Shown here: in pieces, positions 26,000-35,596 of the stretch
How the letters are laid out: each line of letters starts with the position of its first letter
How positions within the stretch are numbered: the stretch's first letter is position 1
NCBI GenBank assembly: GCA_043718785.1
Contig: JAYSVA010000426.1
Coordinates: 1 to 44,031 of the forward strand
Length of the DNA stretch: 44,031 bases
Origin: Hyphomicrobiaceae bacterium
GTDB lineage: Bacteria > Pseudomonadota > Alphaproteobacteria > Rhizobiales > Hyphomicrobiaceae
Direction: 5' to 3'
The notes under the pieces: model-generated
Seen by the model: the letters and a program-made list of their open reading frames with translations, nothing else
Databases searched by the model: none
What the model was told of the DNA's origin: nothing
Position numbers and translations under genes: made by a program

Positions 26000-26968
26000 G
26001 TGAGCAGCCAGACCGTGAACTATGCGCTCAGCCGCCTGGTCACGACGGTGTTCATCGTGTTCGGAGCTATGTTGCTGCTGTTCACGCTATCGGCGATTGT
26101 GCCGGGTGACCCAGCAACCACACTGCTGGGTCCTCAGGCGTCGCCAGAATCGGTCAAGCGCTTTATCCAGGAGATGGGACTTGATCAGCCCATCCATGTG
26201 CGGCTAGCGCGATTTTTCGGCAACTTGCTGACCGGCAACCTTGGCACCGACGTGCTGTCCGGGCGCAGCGTCAACAGCATGGTGTGGGCTGTACTGCCGT
26301 ACACGTTCCTGCTGACGTTTCTAGCCATCGGGCTGGCGGTGCTGATTGGCGTGCCCCTCGGCGTGTTCGCGGCGACGCATCGCGGCTCTGTCATGGACCA
26401 TGTGTTGGCCTTCATCTCGGTAGCGTTCATCGCGGTGCCGAGCTTTGTCATCGCGATATTTCTGCTGCTGATTTTCTCGATCTGGCTCGATTGGCTGCCG
26501 GTTCTGGGCGCCGGCAAAACCGGCGACTGGGGGGATCAGGCCAAGCGGCTGATCTTGCCGACGCTGGCACTATCAGCGGGTTGGATCGGTTTCATCGCCC
26601 GGCTCGTCCGCACGTCGATGCTGGAAGTGCTGGCCGAAAACTATATCCGCACGTCGCGCGCCTATGGTCTTTCGGAGCGTCTAGTGACCTACAAATATGC
26701 ACTCAAAAACGCCTGCATCCCGACCATTGCCATCCTCGGCATGGGCATCGGGCGATTGTTGGGGGGCGCGGTGCTCGTCGAAATTGTGTTTGCCCGCCCG
26801 GGTTTGGGGCGGTTGATCTTTGACGCGGTGGCCAGCCGCAACTACCCCGTCGTGCAAGGTGCGGTGCTTGTTGTGGTGGTGATTTTCGTCATCGTCAATC
26901 TGATCGTGGATCTGTCATACTCGTTGATTGATCCGCGGATCAATCGTCATGGTGAGGGCGGCCACTGA
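26000..26968 (+). CDS. ABC transporter permease (DppB/OppB-like)
   Basis: The ORF-track frame starts at 25925. The GTG at 26000, preceded by GGAG, gives a typical 322-aa permease beginning ..NYALSRLVTTVFIVFG. The start is uncertain by about 25 codons. Confidence 0.8.
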   Translation: MSSQTVNYALSRLVTTVFIVFGAMLLLFTLSAIVPGDPATTLLGPQASPESVKRFIQEMGLDQPIHVRLARFFGNLLTGNLGTDVLSGRSVNSMVWAVLPYTFLLTFLAIGLAVLIGVPLGVFAATHRGSVMDHVLAFISVAFIAVPSFVIAIFLLLIFSIWLDWLPVLGAGKTGDWGDQAKRLILPTLALSAGWIGFIARLVRTSMLEVLAENYIRTSRAYGLSERLVTYKYALKNACIPTIAILGMGIGRLLGGAVLVEIVFARPGLGRLIFDAVASRNYPVVQGAVLVVVVIFVIVNLIVDLSYSLIDPRINRHGEGGH

Positions 26969-27822
26969 TGGGCATACTCCGGGATATCGCTACGGTGCTG
27001 CGCCGTGTCTGCGGCAGTTTTGCCGGAGCCATCGGCTGTGCCATTGTAACGGTGGTGATCCTAGCGGCGCTTCTCGCCCCCTGGATTGCGACGCATAACC
27101 CTGACCAGCTCGACGTGATGAACCGGTTCGCTAAACCGTCGTTGCAGCACTGGTTCGGTTCCGATCATCTCGGCCGTGATTTGTACTCGCGCATCGTGCA
27201 TGGTGCGTCGGTGGCCATGGTTGTGGCACTCACGGCAATTGCCGCAGCGCTGACCCTCGGGACGATGCTGGGCATTCTGGCCGCGTACCTACCCGCCCGT
27301 ACCGAGCGGTTGGTGCTGATCCTGTTCGACGTGATTTCATCGTTCCCGAGCCTCGTGCTGGCGCTCGCCATTGTTGCAGTGTTTGGCCCGTCGACGGGCA
27401 TCGTTGTGCTGATCGTTGCGATCACGTTGATCCCGCATTTTGGTCGCGTCGCGCGGGCCCAAGTGTTGACGTTGAGAAGCGCGCCGTTCCTGGAGGCTGA
27501 GCGCATTCTCGGCGCGTCGAACACCCGGATTGTGTTCCATCACATTCTGCCGAACATACTTGGACCACTGATCGTACTGGCGTCGATGGATATCCCCGTC
27601 GTGATCACCATCGAAGCTGGATTGTCGTTCCTGGGCCTCGGGGTCCGTCCGCCGCTGGCGAGTTGGGGTGGGCTGATCCAAGACGGTTATCAAACCCTTT
27701 CAGACAGCTGGGTGCCCGTTGTTGTCTCCAGCGCGGCGCTGGCGATTGCGACGCTCGGTTTCACGTTGTTCGGCGAAAACCTCCGTGATGCCGTGGATCC
27801 GCGCATCGGTCGGGAGCGCTGA
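26968..27822 (+). CDS. ABC transporter permease (DppC/OppC-like)
   Basis: 284-aa hydrophobic ORF. It overlaps the upstream permease gene as TGATG. It carries a DppC-like N-terminal region and an EAA-type loop (FLEAERILGAS). Confidence 0.85.
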   Translation: MGILRDIATVLRRVCGSFAGAIGCAIVTVVILAALLAPWIATHNPDQLDVMNRFAKPSLQHWFGSDHLGRDLYSRIVHGASVAMVVALTAIAAALTLGTMLGILAAYLPARTERLVLILFDVISSFPSLVLALAIVAVFGPSTGIVVLIVAITLIPHFGRVARAQVLTLRSAPFLEAERILGASNTRIVFHHILPNILGPLIVLASMDIPVVITIEAGLSFLGLGVRPPLASWGGLIQDGYQTLSDSWVPVVVSSAALAIATLGFTLFGENLRDAVDPRIGRER

Positions 27823-27824
27823 GA

Positions 27825-29828
27825 ATGGAACGGGCCAAGACCGGACCACTGGTCAGCATCCGCAATCTGACGCTCGATGCGACGACGGCACAGGGAACCG
27901 CGCATATTTTGCGTGGTGTCGATCTTGATATCGGGCGCGGCCGCATTCTTGGTGTGGTCGGTGAATCCGGCTCTGGTAAGTCAAGTCTCGCATCGGCTTT
28001 GACTGGACTGCTGAGTGCCAATGTGGCGGTAACGGCCGGTGTCATTGACTTTGATGGCACCGATTTGTTGCAGCTGAGCGACCGGCAGATGCACGCCCTT
28101 CGTGGTGACCGCATCGCCATGATTTTCCAAGACCCGATGACGGCGCTGAATCCGCTATTCACGATTGCAACTCACCTCATCGATGTGATCCAGCGCCAGG
28201 CGCCGGAGACGAGCCGACGGATGGCTCTGGCAAAGGCTGAGGCAGTTCTGACGACGGTCGGGATTGCCGACGCGGAGATGCGCCTACAAGCCTATCCGCA
28301 TCAGTTATCCGGTGGCATGCGTCAACGTGTGATGATTGCGATGGCACTGCTGGTGGCGCCAGATCTACTGTTGGCGGACGAACCGACCACGGCACTCGAT
28401 GCGACTGTCGAAGCGCAGATCGTGAGCCTGCTGGCGGATCTGCGGCGGGATTTTGCCGGCACGATCGTTTTTATCTCACATCATTTGGGTTTGGTTGCTG
28501 AGTTATGTGATGATGTTTGTGTGATGTATGGCGGCACCATCGTCGAGGCGGGTGGCGTTGCGGATGTTCTAGTCAACCCGAAGCATCCGTACACAGCAGC
28601 GTTGCTGGCCTGCGAGATTGACGACGATCCACCAGATGGTCGTCTTATCTCAGTGCCCGGTGACGTGCCTGATCCGCGCTTCGAGGGGGCGGGTTGCATC
28701 TTCGCGCCCCGGTGCACGCACGCAGTGGAGCGCTGCCGCACCGAAGTTCCGCGATCCCGCGCTGCTGGTATGGGGCGAACGGCGGCGTGCCATCGGCTAG
28801 AAGATTTGAACTTGGCGGCGGCAGGTGGTGTTGTGGCGGGCAAACCGCCTGAACGCGTTGCGGCGCGGGCGGAGCAGCCTCTGATTACTTTTGATGGCGT
28901 GTCGGTGGTCTATGATGGTCGGGTACGGGCGCTGGATGACGTCAGGCTCAACCTGAGCCAAGGTGAGATCGTCGGGCTGGTCGGCGAGTCCGGATCTGGT
29001 AAAACGACGCTGTGCCGTACGCTGATCGGATTGACGGCGCCAACGGATGGCACTGTGCTGTTTGATGGCGAGCCCGTTGCAGCGCATCTGGCGACCCAAC
29101 CTCTGGCCTTTCGCCGCCGCATGCAGATGCTGCTGCAGGATGCAGTGGCGTCACTGTCGCCGCGTATGACGATCGGCCAAGCGTTGGAGGAGCCGCTGCG
29201 CATTCATAGTCTGCCACTGAACGAAGGGCGAGAGCGTTTGCGCTACATCGTTCAGCGGTTAGGTCTTTCCCCTGAGATCCTGCAGAAGTTCCCGCATCAG
29301 ATCTCGGGCGGGCAGGCCCGCCGCATTGGCGTGGCGCGGGCGCTGGTGATGCAACCGCAGGTGATTATTGCTGACGAACCGACGGCTGGTCTTGACGTGT
29401 CCGTTCAAGGTGAGCTGCTCAATCTGCTGCTCGATCTACAGCGGGAGTTTGAACTGACGTATTTGCTGGTCAGCCACAACCTTAATGTTATCCGCCGCGT
29501 CACCCACCGGACAACGGTGATGTACCTTGGCCAGATCGTCGAAGACGGGCCGACCAGCAGCTTGTTCGAGCAACCGGCGCACCCGTATTCGGCGGCGCTG
29601 CTATCGACCAGCCCCTCAGTTGATCCGACGCGGCGGCGTAACCGCATTGTGCTATCGGGGGAAATTCCGAGTGCTGTTAATATACCCAGCGGCTGCCGCT
29701 TCCACAGCCGTTGCCCGGTGGTGATGCCGCGCTGCAGAGTTGAAGTGCCGGCGCTGCAGGCCGTTGCGCCTGGGCGGGCTGTGCGCTGCCATTTCCCGTT
29801 CACACTCGGCCGGGCGGAGGCAAGCTGA
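27825..29828 (+). CDS. Fused double ATP-binding-cassette protein (DppD-DppF-like)
   Basis: 667-aa ORF with two Walker A motifs (GESGSGKSS, GESGSGKTT) and two signature motifs (LSGGMRQR, ISGGQARR). Each half ends with the Cys-rich oligopeptide-ABC C-terminal motif. Confidence 0.9.
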   Translation: MERAKTGPLVSIRNLTLDATTAQGTAHILRGVDLDIGRGRILGVVGESGSGKSSLASALTGLLSANVAVTAGVIDFDGTDLLQLSDRQMHALRGDRIAMIFQDPMTALNPLFTIATHLIDVIQRQAPETSRRMALAKAEAVLTTVGIADAEMRLQAYPHQLSGGMRQRVMIAMALLVAPDLLLADEPTTALDATVEAQIVSLLADLRRDFAGTIVFISHHLGLVAELCDDVCVMYGGTIVEAGGVADVLVNPKHPYTAALLACEIDDDPPDGRLISVPGDVPDPRFEGAGCIFAPRCTHAVERCRTEVPRSRAAGMGRTAACHRLEDLNLAAAGGVVAGKPPERVAARAEQPLITFDGVSVVYDGRVRALDDVRLNLSQGEIVGLVGESGSGKTTLCRTLIGLTAPTDGTVLFDGEPVAAHLATQPLAFRRRMQMLLQDAVASLSPRMTIGQALEEPLRIHSLPLNEGRERLRYIVQRLGLSPEILQKFPHQISGGQARRIGVARALVMQPQVIIADEPTAGLDVSVQGELLNLLLDLQREFELTYLLVSHNLNVIRRVTHRTTVMYLGQIVEDGPTSSLFEQPAHPYSAALLSTSPSVDPTRRRNRIVLSGEIPSAVNIPSGCRFHSRCPVVMPRCRVEVPALQAVAPGRAVRCHFPFTLGRAEAS

Positions 29829-30817
29829 TGCGGCGGTACACTCTGGATGAAATTCAGCAGCTGGCGTTTGATGCGCTGACTAAGGCAGGAGCAGAGCCGC
29901 ACCAGGCGCTGCCCGTAGCGCGCTCGATCCGACGTGCCGAGGCGGATGATATTCGGTCTGTTGGCCTCGGATATCTGCCGACGTATTTGGCGCACCTGCG
30001 GTCTGGTCGTGTATCGGGTTTGGCGCGTCCGACGGTACAGGTTCCGCGCCCGTCAGCCGTGACTGTCAATGCTCATAATGGCTTCGCCCATCCGGCATTT
30101 GATGCGGGTCTCGCTGCGCTTGTCAGCGCTGCCCGCCTGAACGGTATCGCATGTCTCGGCATTTCCGGGTCGTATTCTATCGGCGTGTTGGGCCACCCGG
30201 TGGAGGACATCGCCGATTTTGGCCTTGTCGCGTTGGCTGCCACCAACTCACCACCAAACATGACAGCATGGGGTGGGCGACGGAAATTGTTTGGCACCAA
30301 TCCGCTGGCCTTCGCTGTGCCGCGTGACGGGGCCGCGCCGCTTGTGGTTGATCAGGCGACGACGCAAGTGACCAAAGTGACGTTGGCCGCTGCCGCAGCG
30401 AGGGGCGAGGCGATCCCCCATACGTGGGCGTTCGATGCTGATGGGGTGCCGACCACCGATGCAAGCCGAGCATTAGCTGGATCGATGGCACCGTTCGGTG
30501 GCGTCAAGGGTGCCAACATGGCGCTGCTGGTCGAGTTGCTCGCGGTGGTGTTGACGGGGGCAAATTTGTCGATGAACGTTCACCCCTATGCAGCCACTGA
30601 GGGCCCGCCGCCGCAGGTCGGACAGTTTTTTCTGGCCATCGATCCCGGTGCGCTTTCGGGTGGCTTTGGGGAACGGCTGACGGAGCTGGCGTCAGCGATG
30701 AGTGAGGAGGGGGCGCGCCTGCCGGGTGATCGGCGGTTGGCTGCCCGCACCCGGAACGCCCGCGACGGTCTGACCATCGACGATGCGTTACTGGCGCGCA
30801 TAATGAGCGAGACTTGA
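29828..30817 (+). CDS. Ldh_2-family (malate/L-lactate/ureidoglycolate, Pyr2C/Pip2C-reductase family) dehydrogenase
   Basis: 329-aa ORF that overlaps the ATPase gene as TGATG. Family pattern: ...NAHNGFAHPAF...LFGTNPLAFAVP... Confidence 0.8.
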   Translation: MRRYTLDEIQQLAFDALTKAGAEPHQALPVARSIRRAEADDIRSVGLGYLPTYLAHLRSGRVSGLARPTVQVPRPSAVTVNAHNGFAHPAFDAGLAALVSAARLNGIACLGISGSYSIGVLGHPVEDIADFGLVALAATNSPPNMTAWGGRRKLFGTNPLAFAVPRDGAAPLVVDQATTQVTKVTLAAAAARGEAIPHTWAFDADGVPTTDASRALAGSMAPFGGVKGANMALLVELLAVVLTGANLSMNVHPYAATEGPPPQVGQFFLAIDPGALSGGFGERLTELASAMSEEGARLPGDRRLAARTRNARDGLTIDDALLARIMSET

Positions 30818-30820
30818 ACC

Positions 30821-32008
30821 ATGAAGATCAAAGCCATCCGAGCAACGCCGGTCAATATTCCGTTGGAGCTGCCATATCTTTGGTCATACGGATCGTTGGC
30901 TGGGTTCTCGAAAACGATTGTCGAAGTCGAAACTACCGATGGGTTGATTGGGCTAGGTGAGGGGCCATCGCCGGCCAACGTTGCGACGATTCTCAACAGC
31001 TTCGCGCCGCGATTGATTGGTCGCGATCCCGTAGATATCCAGGGGGCGGAGGAGTTGTGCTTGCCGTCGTGGCGCGGTGTCGGCACTATTGATGTGGATT
31101 TAGCGTCGATCCGCGCATTTGGTGCGATTGAAATGGCGCTGTGGGACCTTCGCGGCAAGGCCTGGGGCCGGCCGCTGTACCAGCTGTTCGGTGGCGCGCA
31201 CCGCAAGTTGATACCTTTCACGGACTACTTCGCGTTTCGCGAATCTCAGGGCGAGCTGAAGGGGGAAGCGACACCTGAGGCGGTGGTCGACTATTGCCTG
31301 CAACTCGAGGCCGACCACGGCACAACGATGTTTGAAGGAAAATTATCGACGACGGATCCAACGCCATCGATCCGGACACTAGAGCTGCTGCGACAAAAAT
31401 TGAAGCCCGGCGCCGTCTTGCGGATCGATTCTAACAAGGCCTATTCCTTAACCGAAGCGCGCCGGATTGCATCGGCGATCGAACCTCTCGACATTCGCTG
31501 CTGGGAAGACCCGGTCGGTACGTTCGAGGAGATGCAGAAGCTGCGCCAGCACACGGCTATTCCGTTCTCAGTGCATACGCCCGACATCCGCCGTGCCGTA
31601 GCATTGGGCGTCCCCGATGCATTTTGTACAGATGTCAATGTGCACGGCGGTATCGGCCGAACCCTACGGTTTATCGGCGCTTGTGAACAAATGGGTCTCG
31701 ATTACTGGTGCTATTCGGGTGACAGCGGCATCGCTAGCGCCGTTTACCTGCATCTCGCCGCCGCGCATGCCCACATCCGCGAGCCGTCGCAATCGTTGTT
31801 CCGCATGCAGCCACTCGACGTGATTGAGGACGGCCCGTTCCGCCCCCGCAATAATCTCGTCGCAGTTCCGGAAGGGCCAGGGCTCGGCGTGACGCTGTCG
31901 GCCGAGAAACTGGCGCATTGTCACAAGCTCTTCTTGGAGCATGGGCCGTTTGATAAGTTTCACGATCCTGAGCGCGTCGGCGTTTTTCGTCGACTGCCGC
32001 TGCGGTAG
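30821..32008 (+). CDS. Enolase-superfamily enzyme (mandelate racemase / muconate lactonising enzyme subgroup)
   Basis: 395-aa ORF. It has an N-terminal capping-domain pattern (GLIGLGEG..., AIEMALWDLRGKAWGRPLYQLFGG) and barrel metal-ligand contexts (LRIDSNKAY, CWEDP). Confidence 0.8.
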   Translation: MKIKAIRATPVNIPLELPYLWSYGSLAGFSKTIVEVETTDGLIGLGEGPSPANVATILNSFAPRLIGRDPVDIQGAEELCLPSWRGVGTIDVDLASIRAFGAIEMALWDLRGKAWGRPLYQLFGGAHRKLIPFTDYFAFRESQGELKGEATPEAVVDYCLQLEADHGTTMFEGKLSTTDPTPSIRTLELLRQKLKPGAVLRIDSNKAYSLTEARRIASAIEPLDIRCWEDPVGTFEEMQKLRQHTAIPFSVHTPDIRRAVALGVPDAFCTDVNVHGGIGRTLRFIGACEQMGLDYWCYSGDSGIASAVYLHLAAAHAHIREPSQSLFRMQPLDVIEDGPFRPRNNLVAVPEGPGLGVTLSAEKLAHCHKLFLEHGPFDKFHDPERVGVFRRLPLR

Positions 32009-32018
32009 GGCTTGGTCT

Positions 32019-34172
32019 TCACGCTGCACTTTCGCGAACGAAGACCTTGAGAACGCGCCGCCACGTCGCAGCAAAAAAGCTTTCCGCTGCGCCCTGGACA
32101 TTAACCACGCCGCGCAACCGAACGGACGGCACGGGTTCCGTTGGCGCAACCGCAAGCGTGACGAGGTATTGAGCGTTCACCGGCACAAGACGTTGGCGAT
32201 TGTCCGGCATCGCTTCGATGCGGCCGCTGTGGGCACTGGTCAACTCGGGTGGTTCGATGTGCGCAGTGCCACTGACGGCGATTGACTGCAGTACCGCTGA
32301 CACCGAGGACGCCTGCGGTACATCCGGAACAAACTGCCCTGGCGCTCCGATTTCAATTCGCCACAGGTCCGCCTCGGCCACATATCCCGTGATGGCCAGC
32401 CGTTCCGCACCACGGAGCAACGCAATCCGCTCTTTCGCAGCAATCCATTGTTGAGGCCGCAGGTTCGGATTGAGCTCGGCGATGATCCCATCGGCTGGAG
32501 CACGGACGTCGAGCTCCTGCTGCTCCTTATTCAACCCGTCGAGTTTTTTTCGCAATGATTGGACGGCGCTTTCCAGGACGAGGCTGTCATCCCGGTCTTC
32601 CTTATCAGCGAACCGGCGCGCCAGCCGCATCTGAACAGCCTCAAGCTTGGTTATCGCAATTCGCCGCTCGCTCTCAAGGTCGGTTGAGCCTAATTGCACC
32701 AATTTATCGCCTTTTCGGACGCTCTGACCTGCTGTTGTGTAGATGGTAATCACCTGCGCGGCCCGTGGCGGGTAGATGTGGGTAACATCAGCGGCCTCAA
32801 GCATTGCCGGAATTTTTACCGTCGATGACCATGGCACCACAAACAGTAGCGCCAAACCGAGAGCGCTCGCCATGGTGACGCGCGCCCTGCTGGATTTTAT
32901 GATCAAATTTCGCATGGCCCACCATTGAGTCAGTTCACCAAATACTGGTTTAGCAACGAAATATCCGATCTCGAACACGAACAGGATAACGCCGAGCGCT
33001 TTGAAGAAATATGCGTAGACCGCTAGCGCGATTCCCGTAAACAGGATTAACCGGTATAGCCACACGGCCCATGCATAACCGATTAGAAAACGCTGGCGGA
33101 GGGGTGGGAATACTTCTGGCGGTGGACTTTTGATACCTAGTAAGACACGTCGCATTTTCCAGACGCCGAGATCAAACGAGCGCGATTGTAGATTTTCAAC
33201 TCCCAGCAAATCAGAGAAAATGTAGTACCCGTCAAACCGCATAAATGGATTGAGGTTGACGCCAATACTCATGATCCAACTCGACGTCGCAATCATAAAA
33301 GCGGTTTGGCGCATAAATCCGTCTGGCAGAAAAACCCAGAGGAAAGTCGCTAGGCACGCCAGGGCAAGTTCGACGCCGACGCCAGCGATATCGATTGCGA
33401 AACGCTGACGGCGGTCGGTGAGCCGCCAAGCATCGGTGACGTCGGTATATAGTATCGGCGCCATCATCATAAATGCGATACCTATGACCGGCACGCGGCA
33501 ACCATAGCGCACGGCGGTGTAGGCATGACCAAGCTCATGTAGGATTTTGACGCAGAACAACGTGACGGCAAATTGGGCAATTCCCGCCGTCGTCGCGAGC
33601 CCTTGAGCACCCCGCAGGAACTCATCCCACTGCCTCGATATCAACATTAGCCCGATCAATCCGAGCAACCCGATAGCCCACTGTACGCCCCGGTGCGCAC
33701 CAAAATCCGCGACCCATCGTGTTGATTGCAGAAAACGTTCAGGGGAGAACAACGGGATCTTGAAGAACAAATAATTGTGCGCCAGTGCCATCACAGCGCT
33801 GTGTTTCCGCTGCTTGGTTGGATCGAAGTGTTGACGCCAGTCATCGGTTTTGGTTTGCGTCAGATTATGTTGATCAAGAAAGCTCGCGAGTTCTTCAATA
33901 TCTGCTGGTGTGAATGGCTGTTGCAATCGAATTGACGCGGCGGCGCAAAGTTGAGCAACCGTCGGATGCTCGCGCCAAATTGACAGAATGGTGCATGTGG
34001 CGTGATCAATGGCTACAAAGCGATGTCGTAGCATGTCGTAGACGCGCCACGTTGGTTGGCCGTCCGCGTCCGGCGGTCCAGCGCTTATCGACAGATCTTC
34101 GCGTAGTTGCGGCAGCTGACCCGTTGGTGCTGCAGAATTCTTTGGTGGTAGGTTGGTCACAGTCCGACCCAT
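32019..34172 (-). CDS. Fusion protein: cytoplasmic N-domain, M50 (site-2-protease) polytopic core and a C-terminal HlyD-type periplasmic adaptor
   Basis: 717-aa ORF with an ATG start. HELGH is encoded at 33525..33539; I confirmed this by reverse-complementing atgaccaagctcatg. The second M50 motif, NLNPFMRFDG, is at 33228..33257. Multiple TM spans are present. The C-terminal ~280 aa has lipoyl-like, coiled-coil and barrel character (VRKGDKLVQLGSTDLESERRIAITKLEAVQMRL...DVRAPADGIIAEL). Confidence 0.85.
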   Translation of the reverse strand: MGRTVTNLPPKNSAAPTGQLPQLREDLSISAGPPDADGQPTWRVYDMLRHRFVAIDHATCTILSIWREHPTVAQLCAAASIRLQQPFTPADIEELASFLDQHNLTQTKTDDWRQHFDPTKQRKHSAVMALAHNYLFFKIPLFSPERFLQSTRWVADFGAHRGVQWAIGLLGLIGLMLISRQWDEFLRGAQGLATTAGIAQFAVTLFCVKILHELGHAYTAVRYGCRVPVIGIAFMMMAPILYTDVTDAWRLTDRRQRFAIDIAGVGVELALACLATFLWVFLPDGFMRQTAFMIATSSWIMSIGVNLNPFMRFDGYYIFSDLLGVENLQSRSFDLGVWKMRRVLLGIKSPPPEVFPPLRQRFLIGYAWAVWLYRLILFTGIALAVYAYFFKALGVILFVFEIGYFVAKPVFGELTQWWAMRNLIIKSSRARVTMASALGLALLFVVPWSSTVKIPAMLEAADVTHIYPPRAAQVITIYTTAGQSVRKGDKLVQLGSTDLESERRIAITKLEAVQMRLARRFADKEDRDDSLVLESAVQSLRKKLDGLNKEQQELDVRAPADGIIAELNPNLRPQQWIAAKERIALLRGAERLAITGYVAEADLWRIEIGAPGQFVPDVPQASSVSAVLQSIAVSGTAHIEPPELTSAHSGRIEAMPDNRQRLVPVNAQYLVTLAVAPTEPVPSVRLRGVVNVQGAAESFFAATWRRVLKVFVRESAA

Positions 34173-35593
34173 TGGCGCAGGAACGCAACGGGACGACGCA
34201 AGATGTAGTAAATCGTCGGCACCCGATCACCGTAAAGTTGGGCTGTACCGCGGATCCCGAGCCGTGGTGGCGTCACCGTACCATCGGCGAATGTTGCAAC
34301 AACGCGAAAGGCGACGCTGCCCCCCTCCCGTAGTTTTGCTTGATAGTCGGCATGGACAATTGTTGCTTCGCGTGGGCGCAGAGGATCAGAGTCAAGAAAA
34401 AGTGTTACGCGCTTATTGTCAGATAAAATAATCGAATCAGCGACTGGGACATCGATGCGAACTTCGACTTGCGCCGGATCGGCAATCTCCATAATGCGTT
34501 CGCCGGTCGAAACCGGTTTGCCCATAAGGTCGCGTTTGTCGCCGAATATAGCGATGCCTGACCGAGTGGCAGTAATTTGGGCGCGCCCCAATAGGTCGCG
34601 GGCATAGTCGCGCTCGGCGAGCTTTACGGTCAGTTCGGAACGAGCGAGCGCTAAGTCATGGCGACCACGGACGTCGGTCATCGCCAACAGCATATTTTTT
34701 TTAATTCGCGCATCGGCAACTTGTAATTCACGTTCGGCGACTTCCATCCGGTTACGTAGTACCGTGTCGGCGAAACGGATCAAAACGTCGCCAGGCGCAA
34801 CCGTGCTGTTCGGTGCGATGGGAATTTCTTGAATCACACCGTCGATGGGTGCGGTGACGACGCTTGGCTCGCGTGCACCAATTTCAAATGGCGCGAGCGT
34901 CGTCATTGAGACGGGGAATAGACATACGATCGTCACCGCTAAAGCTGAAGCGGCGGCGCGTTTGCGGCTGATCTGAAATCTCGGCCGGACCGCCTTGGAG
35001 GTCGCGATCCAATACCAGGCGTGTGCGAATGTTATGGATAATCTCTGAACCAGCGCCGTCTCGCCGGATGTCCAAGGCTCCGAGCGGACGAGCAGTACGC
35101 CTGCGAACAATGCGCTCGTTCTGTCAAGGAGTGGAAACCATAGAGCTTCTCGAAATGGGTAGGATGACGTCAGTGGATCGCCAGCATCACCGTAACTGGG
35201 TAGCGTGAACTCGCGTACACTGCTTAATCCGACATCGGCGTTGGCTCGAGCGACAGTACGTTCTAGCCACTGCATGAGCGGGACTTGGCGGTCCACAGCT
35301 AGCATCGCCGAGGCTGCTTCAATTTGTAGGTCGCCGACAGCGGCTTGTCGCAGTACGAACACCTGCTGTGCCCGTGTCAACTTGCGCGTCTCATTGGCGA
35401 TCAACTGAGCCAGCTCCGCGACCGAGGCGGCGGCGCGCGCTTCGCCTTCGACGCGTAACAGAACAACAACGGGACTGGACTCGCTGCTGGTTTTCTGAGC
35501 CCCAGCTGCAACTTGGGCGATATCGAGCCGCACGGGCTGTCCGGTGCGGGTCGCATTGCCAGGGGAGCCTTTCGGCGGCGGAGATGCGGTCAT
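34157..35593 (-). CDS. HlyD-family adaptor with a ~200-aa cytoplasmic N-terminal domain (GAF-like pattern) and one TM span
   Basis: 478-aa ORF with an ATG start 3 nt after the upstream stop. The TM span is around residues 213-235 (AAASALAVTIVCLFPVSMTTLAPF). An HlyD pattern follows (VTAPIDGVIQEIPIAPNSTVAPGDVLIRF...coiled coil...ITATRSGIAIF). The N-domain ends with ALWFPLLDRTSALFAGVLLVRSEPWTSGETALVQRLSITFAHAW, which resembles the C-terminal half of a GAF fold. Confidence 0.75.
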   Translation of the reverse strand: MTASPPPKGSPGNATRTGQPVRLDIAQVAAGAQKTSSESSPVVVLLRVEGEARAAASVAELAQLIANETRKLTRAQQVFVLRQAAVGDLQIEAASAMLAVDRQVPLMQWLERTVARANADVGLSSVREFTLPSYGDAGDPLTSSYPFREALWFPLLDRTSALFAGVLLVRSEPWTSGETALVQRLSITFAHAWYWIATSKAVRPRFQISRKRAAASALAVTIVCLFPVSMTTLAPFEIGAREPSVVTAPIDGVIQEIPIAPNSTVAPGDVLIRFADTVLRNRMEVAERELQVADARIKKNMLLAMTDVRGRHDLALARSELTVKLAERDYARDLLGRAQITATRSGIAIFGDKRDLMGKPVSTGERIMEIADPAQVEVRIDVPVADSIILSDNKRVTLFLDSDPLRPREATIVHADYQAKLREGGSVAFRVVATFADGTVTPPRLGIRGTAQLYGDRVPTIYYILRRPVAFLRQWVGL

Positions 35594-35596
35594 GGC

